From the IMG/VR virus record IMGVR_UViG_3300030329_003925, positions 13,220 through 77,219 of that record: DNA of 64,000 nt. One strand, written 5' to 3'. This DNA comes from a virus. A model generated the notes under the pieces. That model searched no databases. It saw only the letters and a program-made list of their open reading frames with translations, and was not told where the DNA came from. Below, in pieces: positions 34,441-43,136 of the stretch. The position numbers were made by a program, and so were the translations under genes. Numbering within the stretch: the first letter of the stretch is position 1; every line of letters begins with the position of its first letter.

Positions 34441-35388
34441 CTATTGGTGTGCCATTGACATCTGCGAATCATAAGAGTCAATGCGGAGTTTCGACAAACG
34501 CTCAAGATAATCATTTCGTCGGAGAACCTTGAAAGCTAAGTTTTCGAAGGAGTATTCGCCTTCGCGCTCTAAGCCACTGGATCGGAATCTTTTTATCTTC
34601 TCCCTCACCTTCTCGCCATACTCCATCGCGCCATCGTAATCGCCCTCGTCAAACAACTTCTGCACGTCGTCGATCATATCCATCGTCGAAGCTGCTTTCT
34701 GCTTGACTGCTTCTCGGTCAATCTCTTTGTCTTCGCGTCGAGGTTTGACCACCCAGTCGTCGTTAAGCAAGGAATAAACACCACTTGAAAAGTGAGCATC
34801 GTTTACGTCTTGGACGTAAAGTTCCACGTCGTAACCCTTCACCTTGATGTCGTGCTGCCTGTTCCAGTTAGACTTGGTTTGCATGAACAAGTCTCGGACC
34901 AATTCTTCATTCTCGTCAACGTCCTGATAATCCAAGATGATGTGAACGTCAAGGTCGGAGAACTTCGACCAATTATAATTTGCCAGCGAGCCTGTCAGCG
35001 TGATGTCTTTTATCTCGGCTTTAACTCCCAGCTTCTCGTAGAAGTCTTGGGCAATTTGTAAAAGTCGATCACGGATTGCTGGGTCTATTTTGTCGTCGGA
35101 GTTCCAGACTTTTCGGTCGAGGGTTTCGTGAACCACAAAGCTGGACAGATCGACGCTATCGGGGTCTGCCCCTTCTTCGAATCGTAACCTGTCTGTGCCA
35201 AACCTCTTGACCTTGCCCGTGAAGGGTGGTCCCGACTTCTTATTTTTAATACCACCTTGGGTCGTGTAGATGTCGTTTTTTCGGCGTAGCTTCTTGTATC
35301 TCTTTTGAGCCGCACTCTTGAAAGGGGTTGGTTCTGCCGCCTCGTGCAAAGTTACAAAGTCATTCCAAAATGTTTCGAAGTCCTTCAT
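34441..35388 (-). CDS. Pol-beta superfamily nucleotidyltransferase with a leader-like N-terminus
   Basis: LTGSLANYNW...SDLDVHI...VELYVQD. Confidence 0.8.
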   Translation of the reverse strand: MKDFETFWNDFVTLHEAAEPTPFKSAAQKRYKKLRRKNDIYTTQGGIKNKKSGPPFTGKVKRFGTDRLRFEEGADPDSVDLSSFVVHETLDRKVWNSDDKIDPAIRDRLLQIAQDFYEKLGVKAEIKDITLTGSLANYNWSKFSDLDVHIILDYQDVDENEELVRDLFMQTKSNWNRQHDIKVKGYDVELYVQDVNDAHFSSGVYSLLNDDWVVKPRREDKEIDREAVKQKAASTMDMIDDVQKLFDEGDYDGAMEYGEKVREKIKRFRSSGLEREGEYSFENLAFKVLRRNDYLERLSKLRIDSYDSQMSMAHQ

Positions 35389-35397
35389 GGCTGCACC

Positions 35398-35721
35398 TCA
35401 CTCAGTTGGTGGTCCCAAAGCATTATGGGCAGCTAAGGTTTTCACAAAAGCCTCCATGACGCCCCTTCGAAGATAGAAATGGAGAGTAGCCAAAGTCTCG
35501 TCCTCCGCAATTTCTTTTCGCATCTCCTGAAGTCGTCTCCTAATCTGGTCAATCCTCAAGCCACCGTAGCCTTGAACTAATACCTCGGCTTTCTCTGGGC
35601 TTCTTTCGTCGCCTTTTGGTTCGTAATACATGGGGTTTCCACCCTCATCATATTCGACTTCTACGAGACTTGTAAGTTCTTCTTGGATGAGTTTCCTTAT
35701 TTTGGACTTGGCGATTTTCAC
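35398..35721 (-). CDS. Class B leader protein
   Basis: MKIAKSKIRKLIQEEL. Confidence 0.65.
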   Translation of the reverse strand: MKIAKSKIRKLIQEELTSLVEVEYDEGGNPMYYEPKGDERSPEKAEVLVQGYGGLRIDQIRRRLQEMRKEIAEDETLATLHFYLRRGVMEAFVKTLAAHNALGPPTE

Positions 35722-36500
35722 TTATAGTCTCCCTGCTTGGCGTTTATAGCAAAGTTGAGTTGGCGAACCGTCTTCACCTCATCTGCGGTTCTCTTTTTCT
35801 TTTTCATGAGTGCAGCTTTTTTCTTTTTGAGTTGGGCAATCGTGTAATCGGTCCACTCTCCTGTGGACTCGATGTCTTGGAGAAACTTGTCATCATTCTC
35901 CTTGTTGCTTTCATCATACTGGTAACGGGGGCGACGATAGCCTTTATATTTGCTTCGATAGCCACTATCACGGCGCGGGTAGTCTCCGCTCCGACGTTGA
36001 TATGACCTTATGCACTCCTCATATTCTTCCCGTGTAAGACCACCTGCTTTGTAATCCTTGTAGCAGTCGGCTTCTTCTTCGTTTATTGGCTTGCCACCTT
36101 CGTTGACTGGGGTGTCACCAACCATGTCTTGCCCGCCATCCATATCCTGATAGCCAGTTGCCTCATTGTAAATAAAGTTCACCAGCCAGTTCTTTTCTTT
36201 ACGCGCCAAAGCATCTTTGGCTAACGCAGTAGCACCGGCTTCGTAGCCCAGACGCGCCAAGAGCGCAGCCAGCATGGGCACCGCGAAGGAGGTTCCCATC
36301 TTCACCATAGCTCGCCACAACAAGTCAAGGTTCTCTGGTGTGAGATTCTGCATGAGCGTGTCGATGTCTTCATTGAGTTGCTGTTCTTCCAGTTGAGCAC
36401 GGATGCCTTCGCCAAACATTTCCTCTGCTTCTTCGTTGGTCAGGACGACTTCAAGCTCCTCTTTTATAATCTGCTTGAGTTGCTTCTTTGTGATTTTCAT
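35718..36500 (-). CDS. Class B leader protein with multiple (L/I/V)NE sites
   Basis: MKITKKQLKQIIKEEL; LNE, YNE, VNE and INE sites between short modules. Confidence 0.65.
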   Translation of the reverse strand: MKITKKQLKQIIKEELEVVLTNEEAEEMFGEGIRAQLEEQQLNEDIDTLMQNLTPENLDLLWRAMVKMGTSFAVPMLAALLARLGYEAGATALAKDALARKEKNWLVNFIYNEATGYQDMDGGQDMVGDTPVNEGGKPINEEEADCYKDYKAGGLTREEYEECIRSYQRRSGDYPRRDSGYRSKYKGYRRPRYQYDESNKENDDKFLQDIESTGEWTDYTIAQLKKKKAALMKKKKRTADEVKTVRQLNFAINAKQGDYK

Positions 36501-36730
36501 TTTTCTTCGCCTTCAGATATGATTAGCTCATCAGACAGGCGAGCAATCTCATCTTGGTGACCCTTTGGCGCATAGTCAATGCACATGGCAACCAGCCCGC
36601 CCAATTCTGGTCCCAGCTTGTCGTGGAGCCATTGGGAGATCGCTGCATGGAAGTGAGGTCCATCCTTTTCAGCGAGAGCCTCGATCTCTTCCTTGATAAG
36701 TTGCTTAATTCTTGCTTTTGTAATCTTCAT
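36497..36730 (-). CDS. Small class B leader protein
   Basis: MKITKARIKQLIKEEI. Confidence 0.65.
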   Translation of the reverse strand: MKITKARIKQLIKEEIEALAEKDGPHFHAAISQWLHDKLGPELGGLVAMCIDYAPKGHQDEIARLSDELIISEGEEK

Positions 36731-36757
36731 GGGGGGTGTCTCCTCACAATAAATAGT

Positions 36758-37054
36758 TTAGTATTCTTCTTTCTCACCATCATCCCATGTCAAAATTGTT
36801 TTGTTTTCTGGATGCGGTTTGATATGGACCTTGAGGAAGTCTGCCATTGAATCAAAGACGGCAATAGACCCTCTTGGTGGCGGGTAAAGCCAGTGAACAA
36901 CCGCTTGTCCGGTTGCCAGCTTGATACCCTCAATCACAATTCCTTCGCCCGACACGCCAGTTTCGTCATGCCCGCGAAAAATTGTAAATGTACGAATCCC
37001 CTGCGGAGCCAACTTGGGGGGGTGTTTAGGCTTCAAATCATTCTTTTTCGCCAT
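36758..37054 (-). CDS. Conserved hypothetical phage protein
   Basis: R..DETGVSG.G.V.EG...G..VVHW. Confidence 0.65.
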   Translation of the reverse strand: MAKKNDLKPKHPPKLAPQGIRTFTIFRGHDETGVSGEGIVIEGIKLATGQAVVHWLYPPPRGSIAVFDSMADFLKVHIKPHPENKTILTWDDGEKEEY

Positions 37055-37778
37055 GTTGTTTCTCCAATTCTTTCCTAATAAGTAGTTCCGTCATTTGCCA
37101 ATTTTCGACTTGGCAGGCGGTATCTCCTGCTTTTAAGGCTCTCGCGGCTGGGAAGTCATTACCATTCGGTCCCATCTTGTCGCCCATGAATACAATTGGC
37201 AAACCATGAATCTCGCGCACCATGTTAACTGCTTGAGACTTATCTTTGCCCTTGGGATAAATGTCAATACTTATTTCTCCTCCGATGGAAACATCCACGT
37301 TTCTAAACTCTTTGGGCTGCGCCAGAATTGTGATGGCAATACTCATACGCTCACGCTTGCGCTCATCCCACTCATGGTATCTGGCTCGTTCTTCCAGCGT
37401 AGCGTTTCGCCCCACAACGGAGAAGTTTAACATTCCCGGTCGGTGCTCAAAATGCTTCCCCGTCTTGAGAGGGAAGTCCGACTCCTCCACGCAGCGTTCG
37501 AGAAAAGTTACTAATTGCGGGTGAGGCTGAAATTCATGGCTATAAACCCTCTTGCCCCTTTCCCAGAATTCATTTCCAGAGCAGGCGAAAACTCCTTGGC
37601 ACATCGTCAGGACACGCTTGTCTACCTGTTCTCTCGCCTTCTCGATGTCGCTCCCTGTTGCCAAATACACGATGTTTTCCTTGGCGAATGGGAGAAAAAA
37701 CTCCGCGAAGTTCTCATCCATCTTTTGACGTGGCGGCGTGAGTGTACCGTCGATGTCAAACAAATATACTTTACTCAT
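37038..37778 (-). CDS. HAD-IIB phosphomannomutase (eukaryotic PMM-like)
   Basis: LFDIDGTLTPPR, TGSD, GMLNFS, GGEISIDI, GDKMGPNGND. Confidence 0.85.
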   Translation of the reverse strand: MSKVYLFDIDGTLTPPRQKMDENFAEFFLPFAKENIVYLATGSDIEKAREQVDKRVLTMCQGVFACSGNEFWERGKRVYSHEFQPHPQLVTFLERCVEESDFPLKTGKHFEHRPGMLNFSVVGRNATLEERARYHEWDERKRERMSIAITILAQPKEFRNVDVSIGGEISIDIYPKGKDKSQAVNMVREIHGLPIVFMGDKMGPNGNDFPAARALKAGDTACQVENWQMTELLIRKELEKQHGEKE

Positions 37779-37967
37779 CTAAGCCTCTGCGGTTGGTGTT
37801 AATCCCTCTAAGATGACCTCCGACAAATTCTCCATCATGGCTTTGTCTGCATCTTTTATCTCCTCAAGCATGAACCAGAGTGCTTCGTTTTCATCCTTGA
37901 GTCTTTCTATTTCTTCTTCTGCTTCTTTCAATTGCTGGAGCAGTACGTCGTGCTGTGGGCAGGTCAT
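37779..37967 (-). CDS. Small coiled-coil protein
   Basis: GGAG RBS before MTCPQ. Confidence 0.55.
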   Translation of the reverse strand: MTCPQHDVLLQQLKEAEEEIERLKDENEALWFMLEEIKDADKAMMENLSEVILEGLTPTAEA

Positions 37968-37968
37968 T

Positions 37969-38418
37969 TTACCACTCCTTGCAGGACCAGTAGCCTGCTG
38001 TGAGTTTATCTTTTTTGTCATCGCAGTTATGACGCGCACGGAAATTGGACTTTCTGTCTGGATCATCGCTCTTGTCTTCCAAGTTGGCATCGCCAAACCG
38101 AACAATACTCTCTTTGCCGTCCTGACAGCCTTTAACAACCTTTTGCTTCTTTCCGTATCCCGGCTCTCCTTTGCGAATGTAGCGGGGACTATTGCATTTC
38201 ATCCGGTCCTTGTCGGTCCCCTCTGCTTCTTCAAGGGACTCTTCCTTGGTAGCTTTTTTCCATGACTTTTCGTCTGGATAGTCCTTGTCCCCCGGCTTTG
38301 CAGGGGCTTCGCCACGCGCTCTTTTGGCACGGATATTCTGAAACAGATTAGAACCTTCAGCGAGTGCCTCGATTTCTTCCCTTATGAGGGATTCAAGAAA
38401 TTCACGTTTCATGGTCAA
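37969..38418 (-). CDS. Leader-bearing basic protein with a conserved phage C-terminal domain
   Basis: LESLIREEIE leader; VRFGD...FRARHNC...AGYWSC. Confidence 0.65.
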   Translation of the reverse strand: MTMKREFLESLIREEIEALAEGSNLFQNIRAKRARGEAPAKPGDKDYPDEKSWKKATKEESLEEAEGTDKDRMKCNSPRYIRKGEPGYGKKQKVVKGCQDGKESIVRFGDANLEDKSDDPDRKSNFRARHNCDDKKDKLTAGYWSCKEW

Positions 38419-38975
38419 GCACTCTTCTTAGCCTGAGCAGTGGCAATCGCCATCTTCTTGTCCATTGGCATATCAGGATTGTCTTTCTCCATAGCCTTGG
38501 CAATCTCTTCTCGTTTGTCTTCTTCTGCGTCGGTCAGCTTTCTTTCCGCAAGTTCGTCTTGATCAACAAGGTGGTCGTACTCACCGCGTTCCCACTTCTG
38601 GTCTTCGATCCATTCCTCGTCAACAAAGCCTTGACTGACTTTCGACATGGCAGCTTCAGCAGCAACACCAAGCTCACGAACCATCGCCATAGCCTCTTTG
38701 CCAGAGATACCTCCGGTGATAGCCATGTTCCCAAGAGCCGCAAGGAAGCCATCAAGGTTGTCAACCTCGCCCGTGGGAAGCCTGATGTTTCCACCAGTCA
38801 ATATGGAATCGAACAACTCCTCCGTCACGTCTGTGGTCCACTGGTCCATCATGCGTTCTTGGTCGGTCATCTCGCTTCCGTAATTAGGAGAGAGGTCTGT
38901 TAGCTCATAAGCCTCAAGCACCTTTGCTGCCTCTTCTTTGATGATTTGTCTAATTTCTTTGGTTGTGATTTTCAT
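38415..38975 (-). CDS. Class B leader protein
   Basis: MKITTKEIRQIIKEE; C-terminal MAIATAQAKK. Confidence 0.65.
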   Translation of the reverse strand: MKITTKEIRQIIKEEAAKVLEAYELTDLSPNYGSEMTDQERMMDQWTTDVTEELFDSILTGGNIRLPTGEVDNLDGFLAALGNMAITGGISGKEAMAMVRELGVAAEAAMSKVSQGFVDEEWIEDQKWERGEYDHLVDQDELAERKLTDAEEDKREEIAKAMEKDNPDMPMDKKMAIATAQAKKSA

Positions 38976-39008
38976 TCCGAATCCTCCGGGGATATTTATA
39001 AATAGTAT

Positions 39009-39662
39009 TCATTCCGCCCCAAAACCCAATTCTTTTAACTCTGCGATAGCCGAGGCTGAATCTCCAAAGGCACACCGAATGGCGATACCTCCATGCTCTG
39101 CCCAAGGAATCAAGTTCTTGTCCCAATCGTCGATCAAGATGTTGGGTCTTCCATCTGTGGTTGCCCACTTCCACTTATCGTGGCTCATGTAAATCTTGGT
39201 TGGCTGCGGGTTTAGGTGACTGCTTATCCATGCTCGTTTGCCCTCCTGTGACCCTTCGTCCATCGGAGAAGTGAGGATGTAAGGGCTATAGGGCGAGATA
39301 AAACTCCACAATTCCTGACCTCCCGGCATCTCTGGGAGTTCTGACCAGAACCTAACATCGTCACCAAAATTCTTATACATGTAGTTGCGAACTGCTTTAC
39401 TGTTACTTCCACCGCCCTTTCTCAAGTCCGTCACATCAATTTGTAACTCTCGATCAGCGGCGACCAGAGCTTTACGCACCCTTCCTATGTTTGTAATTCC
39501 CCCCGTAGGCTTGCGGTCGGGCTTAGAGTCGTCGAGGAGTTCAATGTTAATCTGATCGACGACCCCCTTTTCAAAGTCCACAAGGACGCCATCCATGTCG
39601 CAATAGATTTGCGGCAACCGATTTTGCTCCTCGTTGAGAAAATTTAACCAACCCTTATACAT
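39009..39662 (-). CDS. HAD 5'(3')-nucleotidase-like phosphatase with leader
   Basis: IYCDMDGVLVDF, ILTS, GK.AW, LIDD; MYKGWLNFLNEE leader. Confidence 0.85.
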   Translation of the reverse strand: MYKGWLNFLNEEQNRLPQIYCDMDGVLVDFEKGVVDQINIELLDDSKPDRKPTGGITNIGRVRKALVAADRELQIDVTDLRKGGGSNSKAVRNYMYKNFGDDVRFWSELPEMPGGQELWSFISPYSPYILTSPMDEGSQEGKRAWISSHLNPQPTKIYMSHDKWKWATTDGRPNILIDDWDKNLIPWAEHGGIAIRCAFGDSASAIAELKELGFGAE

Positions 39663-40447
39663 TATAACTGCCTCAAGCTCCGTGGGATATATCTCATCAC
39701 GATGCAACCGGGGATTTCTCGACTGTTAATGGTCGGAATAAGAATCTGCTTGACGTAGGTTTGCCCCGTCATGGCTTCTTTAGCTGGGTGAAATTTCACC
39801 CGAATAGTCGAGACGATCCCCCCTCCGCTCTTTTGGGATTGGAGGGAGGATACTATTGTCACGCCGGGAATTGAGCGAATGTCAGCCAAGGTATCGTCAA
39901 TTCCAGCTTGCCTCTGAATCTTGATGACAAGCTCGGCTTCAAACACTCTTAGCTTCTCTTCTTCAGCCTCGTTAAGAAGGTCGTACAATTCCTCATCATC
40001 GTAGTAATCGTCTTCGCTTTCCAGCTTGTCCGTTACCGATGCTTCAGATTCTATCTCGACGATAGCGTGGGGGGGTACATCACCAACGAGATAATATGCG
40101 TCGAAGTCGGGTAGCTCCATATCGTCGTGAACTTCTGGTGTAGGCTTCATCTTAGCGATATTAACCTTTACAAATACAAAGGGAGGCTGTGCGCCTCCAA
40201 ATATACCAGAGTCAGGACGAGAAAACGCAGCCATAAAAGCAGAGTCTTGCGAAGAAAAAAGATAAACTCTCTTCTCTTTGGCATCCTCTTCGCTGTATGA
40301 ATAATCACGGTCACCGGCTTGAGAGGAACCACGAATACCGTGGGCTTTAATACCCTCTTCGTTTTCCGCACCAGTTACATGATAGTACATTCTTGGCTTT
40401 TGATATTGAGCCTCTTCCCTAAACTTCTGCCAACCTTCTAAAATCAT
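39662..40447 (-). CDS. ADP-ribosyltransferase-fold (Tpt1/KptA-like) domain plus a second domain, with leader
   Basis: YYHVT...GI..HGI, RVYLF, GDVPP.AI; MILEGWQKF leader; internal LLNE site. Confidence 0.55.
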   Translation of the reverse strand: MILEGWQKFREEAQYQKPRMYYHVTGAENEEGIKAHGIRGSSQAGDRDYSYSEEDAKEKRVYLFSSQDSAFMAAFSRPDSGIFGGAQPPFVFVKVNIAKMKPTPEVHDDMELPDFDAYYLVGDVPPHAIVEIESEASVTDKLESEDDYYDDEELYDLLNEAEEEKLRVFEAELVIKIQRQAGIDDTLADIRSIPGVTIVSSLQSQKSGGGIVSTIRVKFHPAKEAMTGQTYVKQILIPTINSREIPGCIVMRYIPRSLRQL

Positions 40448-40485
40448 AGACTTCTCCATTCCCATCATAAATAGTTTCCGAAACA

Positions 40486-40511
40486 AGAAAGGCACCCAAA
40501 GGGGTGCCTTC
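40486..40511 (-). terminator. Rho-independent terminator
   Basis: AAGGCACC/GGTGCCTT stem followed by a U-rich tail. Confidence 0.7.
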
Positions 40512-40538
40512 GATGTGAAAGATAGTCAATAATGCTGC

Positions 40539-40967
40539 CTAACTGATCTCAATTCGACGTGCAGTTGGGACCACCTTTTCAGCCTTGGGAATCTCTACAA
40601 TGAGAACGCCATCGCTGTAATCAGCCTTGACCCCATCAAGGTCAATGTTATCTCCAAGTGACCACGACTTTTCAAAAGAGTTCTGGAATCTGTAATTTGA
40701 GTTTTCAGAATTCTCTTGGTCAAAAGAAATGGTTAGACGACCGTCTGCCACATCCACCTTAATATCGTCACGGGATACGCCGGGAGTCGCCAGCGTAATA
40801 ACGTGCTTGTCATTTAGGGTTTCAATGTTCGTTCGTGGACCCATCACTGACGGACGACGAGCCATTGGATCAAACATCTCAAAGATGTCCTTGAAATCTT
40901 CAAATAGCGAATCCATGCTTGTATGGCGCATGGGCGAAAGAGTTGGGTTATAGCGAATAAGTGACAT
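40539..40967 (-). CDS. Hsp20/alpha-crystallin small heat-shock protein
   Basis: PGVSRDDIKVDV, F.KSWSL, KADYSDGVLIVEIPK. Confidence 0.92.
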   Translation of the reverse strand: MSLIRYNPTLSPMRHTSMDSLFEDFKDIFEMFDPMARRPSVMGPRTNIETLNDKHVITLATPGVSRDDIKVDVADGRLTISFDQENSENSNYRFQNSFEKSWSLGDNIDLDGVKADYSDGVLIVEIPKAEKVVPTARRIEIS

Positions 40968-41007
40968 TAAAATTTCTCCTTTTATGGGCTTCTCGCCCTG
41001 TCAACAT

Positions 41008-41036
41008 AATATAACCACCCTCAACTAAGGTGTCAA
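41008..41036 (-). promoter_or_regulatory. Sigma70-like promoter
   Basis: TTGACA-N17-TATATT. Confidence 0.7.
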
Positions 41037-41390
41037 GGGGGCTTTCCAAAGAATCTGAATTGCAATAATGAGGCAAGACAAGAAAACACAAACCAAGGTC
41101 TTGGGAGTGAACATGCTCTCGTTCAGTAGCCACCAAGTCAGGAGGGGAAAAGAGATGTAGGACATCCCAAACCCCAGAAAACGTGGACCCCATAATTCTC
41201 CCATAGCACCATAGGCATACTTTGTGCCGTACCAGATACAAATGGTAGTGGGAATCCCAAAAACAATAGCTGCAAAAATAGGCTTATCAGCCCACCACTT
41301 CCAGACTAACTGGGAGTTGGTCCCGAACCACGCACCAATTTGCCCCATCAAAAAGAACAGGCAACCTAAAAATAGCTTCTGATAATCCAC
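41025..41390 (-). CDS. Four-TM small membrane protein (DMT/SMR-like)
   Basis: Four hydrophobic helices. Confidence 0.6.
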   Translation of the reverse strand: MDYQKLFLGCLFFLMGQIGAWFGTNSQLVWKWWADKPIFAAIVFGIPTTICIWYGTKYAYGAMGELWGPRFLGFGMSYISFPLLTWWLLNESMFTPKTLVCVFLSCLIIAIQILWKAPLTP

Positions 41391-41810
41391 CTACTCTTCC
41401 CCCACTGCCCACTTGCAGTATTCATAAAGGCACTTCTTCCTGATGTTTGACCACTTCTTGTTGTTCACTTTGATTCCCAAATTGTCTGCCAGTTCGTAAG
41501 CAGCTTCCCACGCCAACACTTCATTCCTAACCACATCAATGGCACTGGCTTTAGAAAACCTCTTCCTAAAGGGCTGATGAATGATGTTAGGGAACAGACC
41601 TATGTGGTCGTACTCCTCGTATAAAACGATGTGTCCAGCTTCATGCAACAAGGTATAGAGTCGAGTCTCCAAATGCTGCCGAGTGTTGATGGTTATAATC
41701 TTGTCCTCTTCCGAACATGCGTTTGGTTCGTCGTAGCCAAAAGATATAAATACATCATACTTGTCAGCCAGATACGCTTCCAAGTGGTCTATGTCGTCTT
41801 GAAAGTTCAT
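41391..41810 (-). CDS. Zincin metallopeptidase (ImmA/IrrE-like)
   Basis: LLHEAGH...NEVLAW. Confidence 0.75.
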   Translation of the reverse strand: MNFQDDIDHLEAYLADKYDVFISFGYDEPNACSEEDKIITINTRQHLETRLYTLLHEAGHIVLYEEYDHIGLFPNIIHQPFRKRFSKASAIDVVRNEVLAWEAAYELADNLGIKVNNKKWSNIRKKCLYEYCKWAVGEE

Positions 41811-42199
41811 AACTTACGACCTTTGCCCCAGAAATTCTTATTGTTCCTCTGGTCGATTAAGAGGCATACGGATATTACCTTCTTATCCTCAAGCACGTTA
41901 AACCAATTCGGTGTCAGCTTGCCATAGCGGGGCTTACGGTGCCTTCGCGTCAAAGGCTTGTTCAGAAAATTGACGCACCCCTGCACAATCTGTTCGTCGT
42001 CGTAGCCAGCTTCCCGATGCGACTCATAGTCCACGTCGATATAAGCTACCACAGACCACACCTTCTTTCCATAGCCCTTCACAGGCAGTGCGGAACTGCT
42101 GTAATGTCCACACTTCTTCTTTTTTCCATCGTTGTTGTCCAGAACGAACCACTCGCTCAACTCCTTGAACGAGCACTCAAACTCAAGCTGGTCCCCCAT
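41807..42199 (-). CDS. Hypothetical protein
   Basis: Coupled ORF. Confidence 0.55.
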   Translation of the reverse strand: MGDQLEFECSFKELSEWFVLDNNDGKKKKCGHYSSSALPVKGYGKKVWSVVAYIDVDYESHREAGYDDEQIVQGCVNFLNKPLTRRHRKPRYGKLTPNWFNVLEDKKVISVCLLIDQRNNKNFWGKGRKL

Positions 42200-42200
42200 G

Positions 42201-42482
42201 CTACCCCCTAAGAATTTGTTTCTGCTTTAATTTCGACTCCACAACGTGAGGGGCACCAACCACAAAAATATCCATGCCCGTGTTGAGAAATAGCCTCGTA
42301 AACTCCATACGACCATCCAACTCACTGGGTAGTCTCCCTTCACTTAACAGCCCTTTCATGGCTACATCTTCTCTCAACATAGTTACCTGCTCAGGATTTA
42401 CAAATACCTCGCGCAACATGTATTCCGAGCGCGTACTGATGTCGGTGCCAATCTTGGCAACCTCTACAAGTTTAACTACCAT
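42201..42482 (-). CDS. Small protein, FlbD-like fold possible
   Basis: VKLVEV...VFVNPEQV...TRLFL. Confidence 0.45.
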   Translation of the reverse strand: MVVKLVEVAKIGTDISTRSEYMLREVFVNPEQVTMLREDVAMKGLLSEGRLPSELDGRMEFTRLFLNTGMDIFVVGAPHVVESKLKQKQILRG

Positions 42483-42720
42483 CTTTCCTCCTCGGTTTAT
42501 AAAGATCCTTCCGCAAAGCAAACCACCTCTCCCCCTTATACATCACAGGGCAAAAGGTATCATCTGTCGAGCCGTAGCGATTCGAAGAAGACGATCTTTC
42601 TGCGATAAGAAGCAGGGTCGGCTCTTCCAATTTTATTGTTCTGCCCCCCGTGTGCAGGAGAGCGTTCTGGGGGGCGTAGACTAATTCACCCACTTTCGTT
42701 GCTTCTGGAATCAGATTCAT
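42472..42720 (-). CDS. SH3/KOW-like small protein
   Basis: KVGELVY...VMYKGERW. Confidence 0.5.
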   Translation of the reverse strand: MNLIPEATKVGELVYAPQNALLHTGGRTIKLEEPTLLLIAERSSSSNRYGSTDDTFCPVMYKGERWFALRKDLYKPRRKDGS

Positions 42721-43087
42721 TCTTCTTCTCCTGTAATTTTCTTATTTCCTCTTCAGCCCAAGCAACCTGCTCTGGCGTAAAAGCAACAGAAGGCTGTTGA
42801 GGGTTCGCAGAGGACGAATCCTTAACTGACAGGTCTGCCAATGCCTTAGAGTACGCACTCAGAATGTGCATACAGTCGTCCATTCTAAAATCAATGGTAC
42901 TCAGCAAGGTTCGCAGTGCCCCTATCTCCTCAACTGCAACAACATAGTTCTTTTCAGCGATACGACGTACACACGACTCCAGCGTCTCTTGAAGTTCGTT
43001 CAGTTGTCCATCCACTTCACCGAAAAAAGAAAGCACTCTTTCTGGAACCTCGTCCAGTTCCACTGAATAACTTATGTTTACTCTCAT
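42686..43087 (-). CDS. Helical hypothetical protein
   Basis: GGAGG RBS; own promoter (TTGACA-N17-TACATT at 43105-43133). Confidence 0.6.
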   Translation of the reverse strand: MRVNISYSVELDEVPERVLSFFGEVDGQLNELQETLESCVRRIAEKNYVVAVEEIGALRTLLSTIDFRMDDCMHILSAYSKALADLSVKDSSSANPQQPSVAFTPEQVAWAEEEIRKLQEKKNESDSRSNESG

Positions 43088-43136
43088 ATTCTTCCCTCCC
43101 ATACAATGTAACCCATTAGTGGGCACATGTCAATCT

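Noticed and set aside
35389-35400. In-frame TGA between 35398-35721 and the nucleotidyltransferase as a second readthrough site
   Set aside because: The spacer contains a good SD (GAGGTG), the downstream gene has its own leader, and no SECIS-like hairpin is evident.
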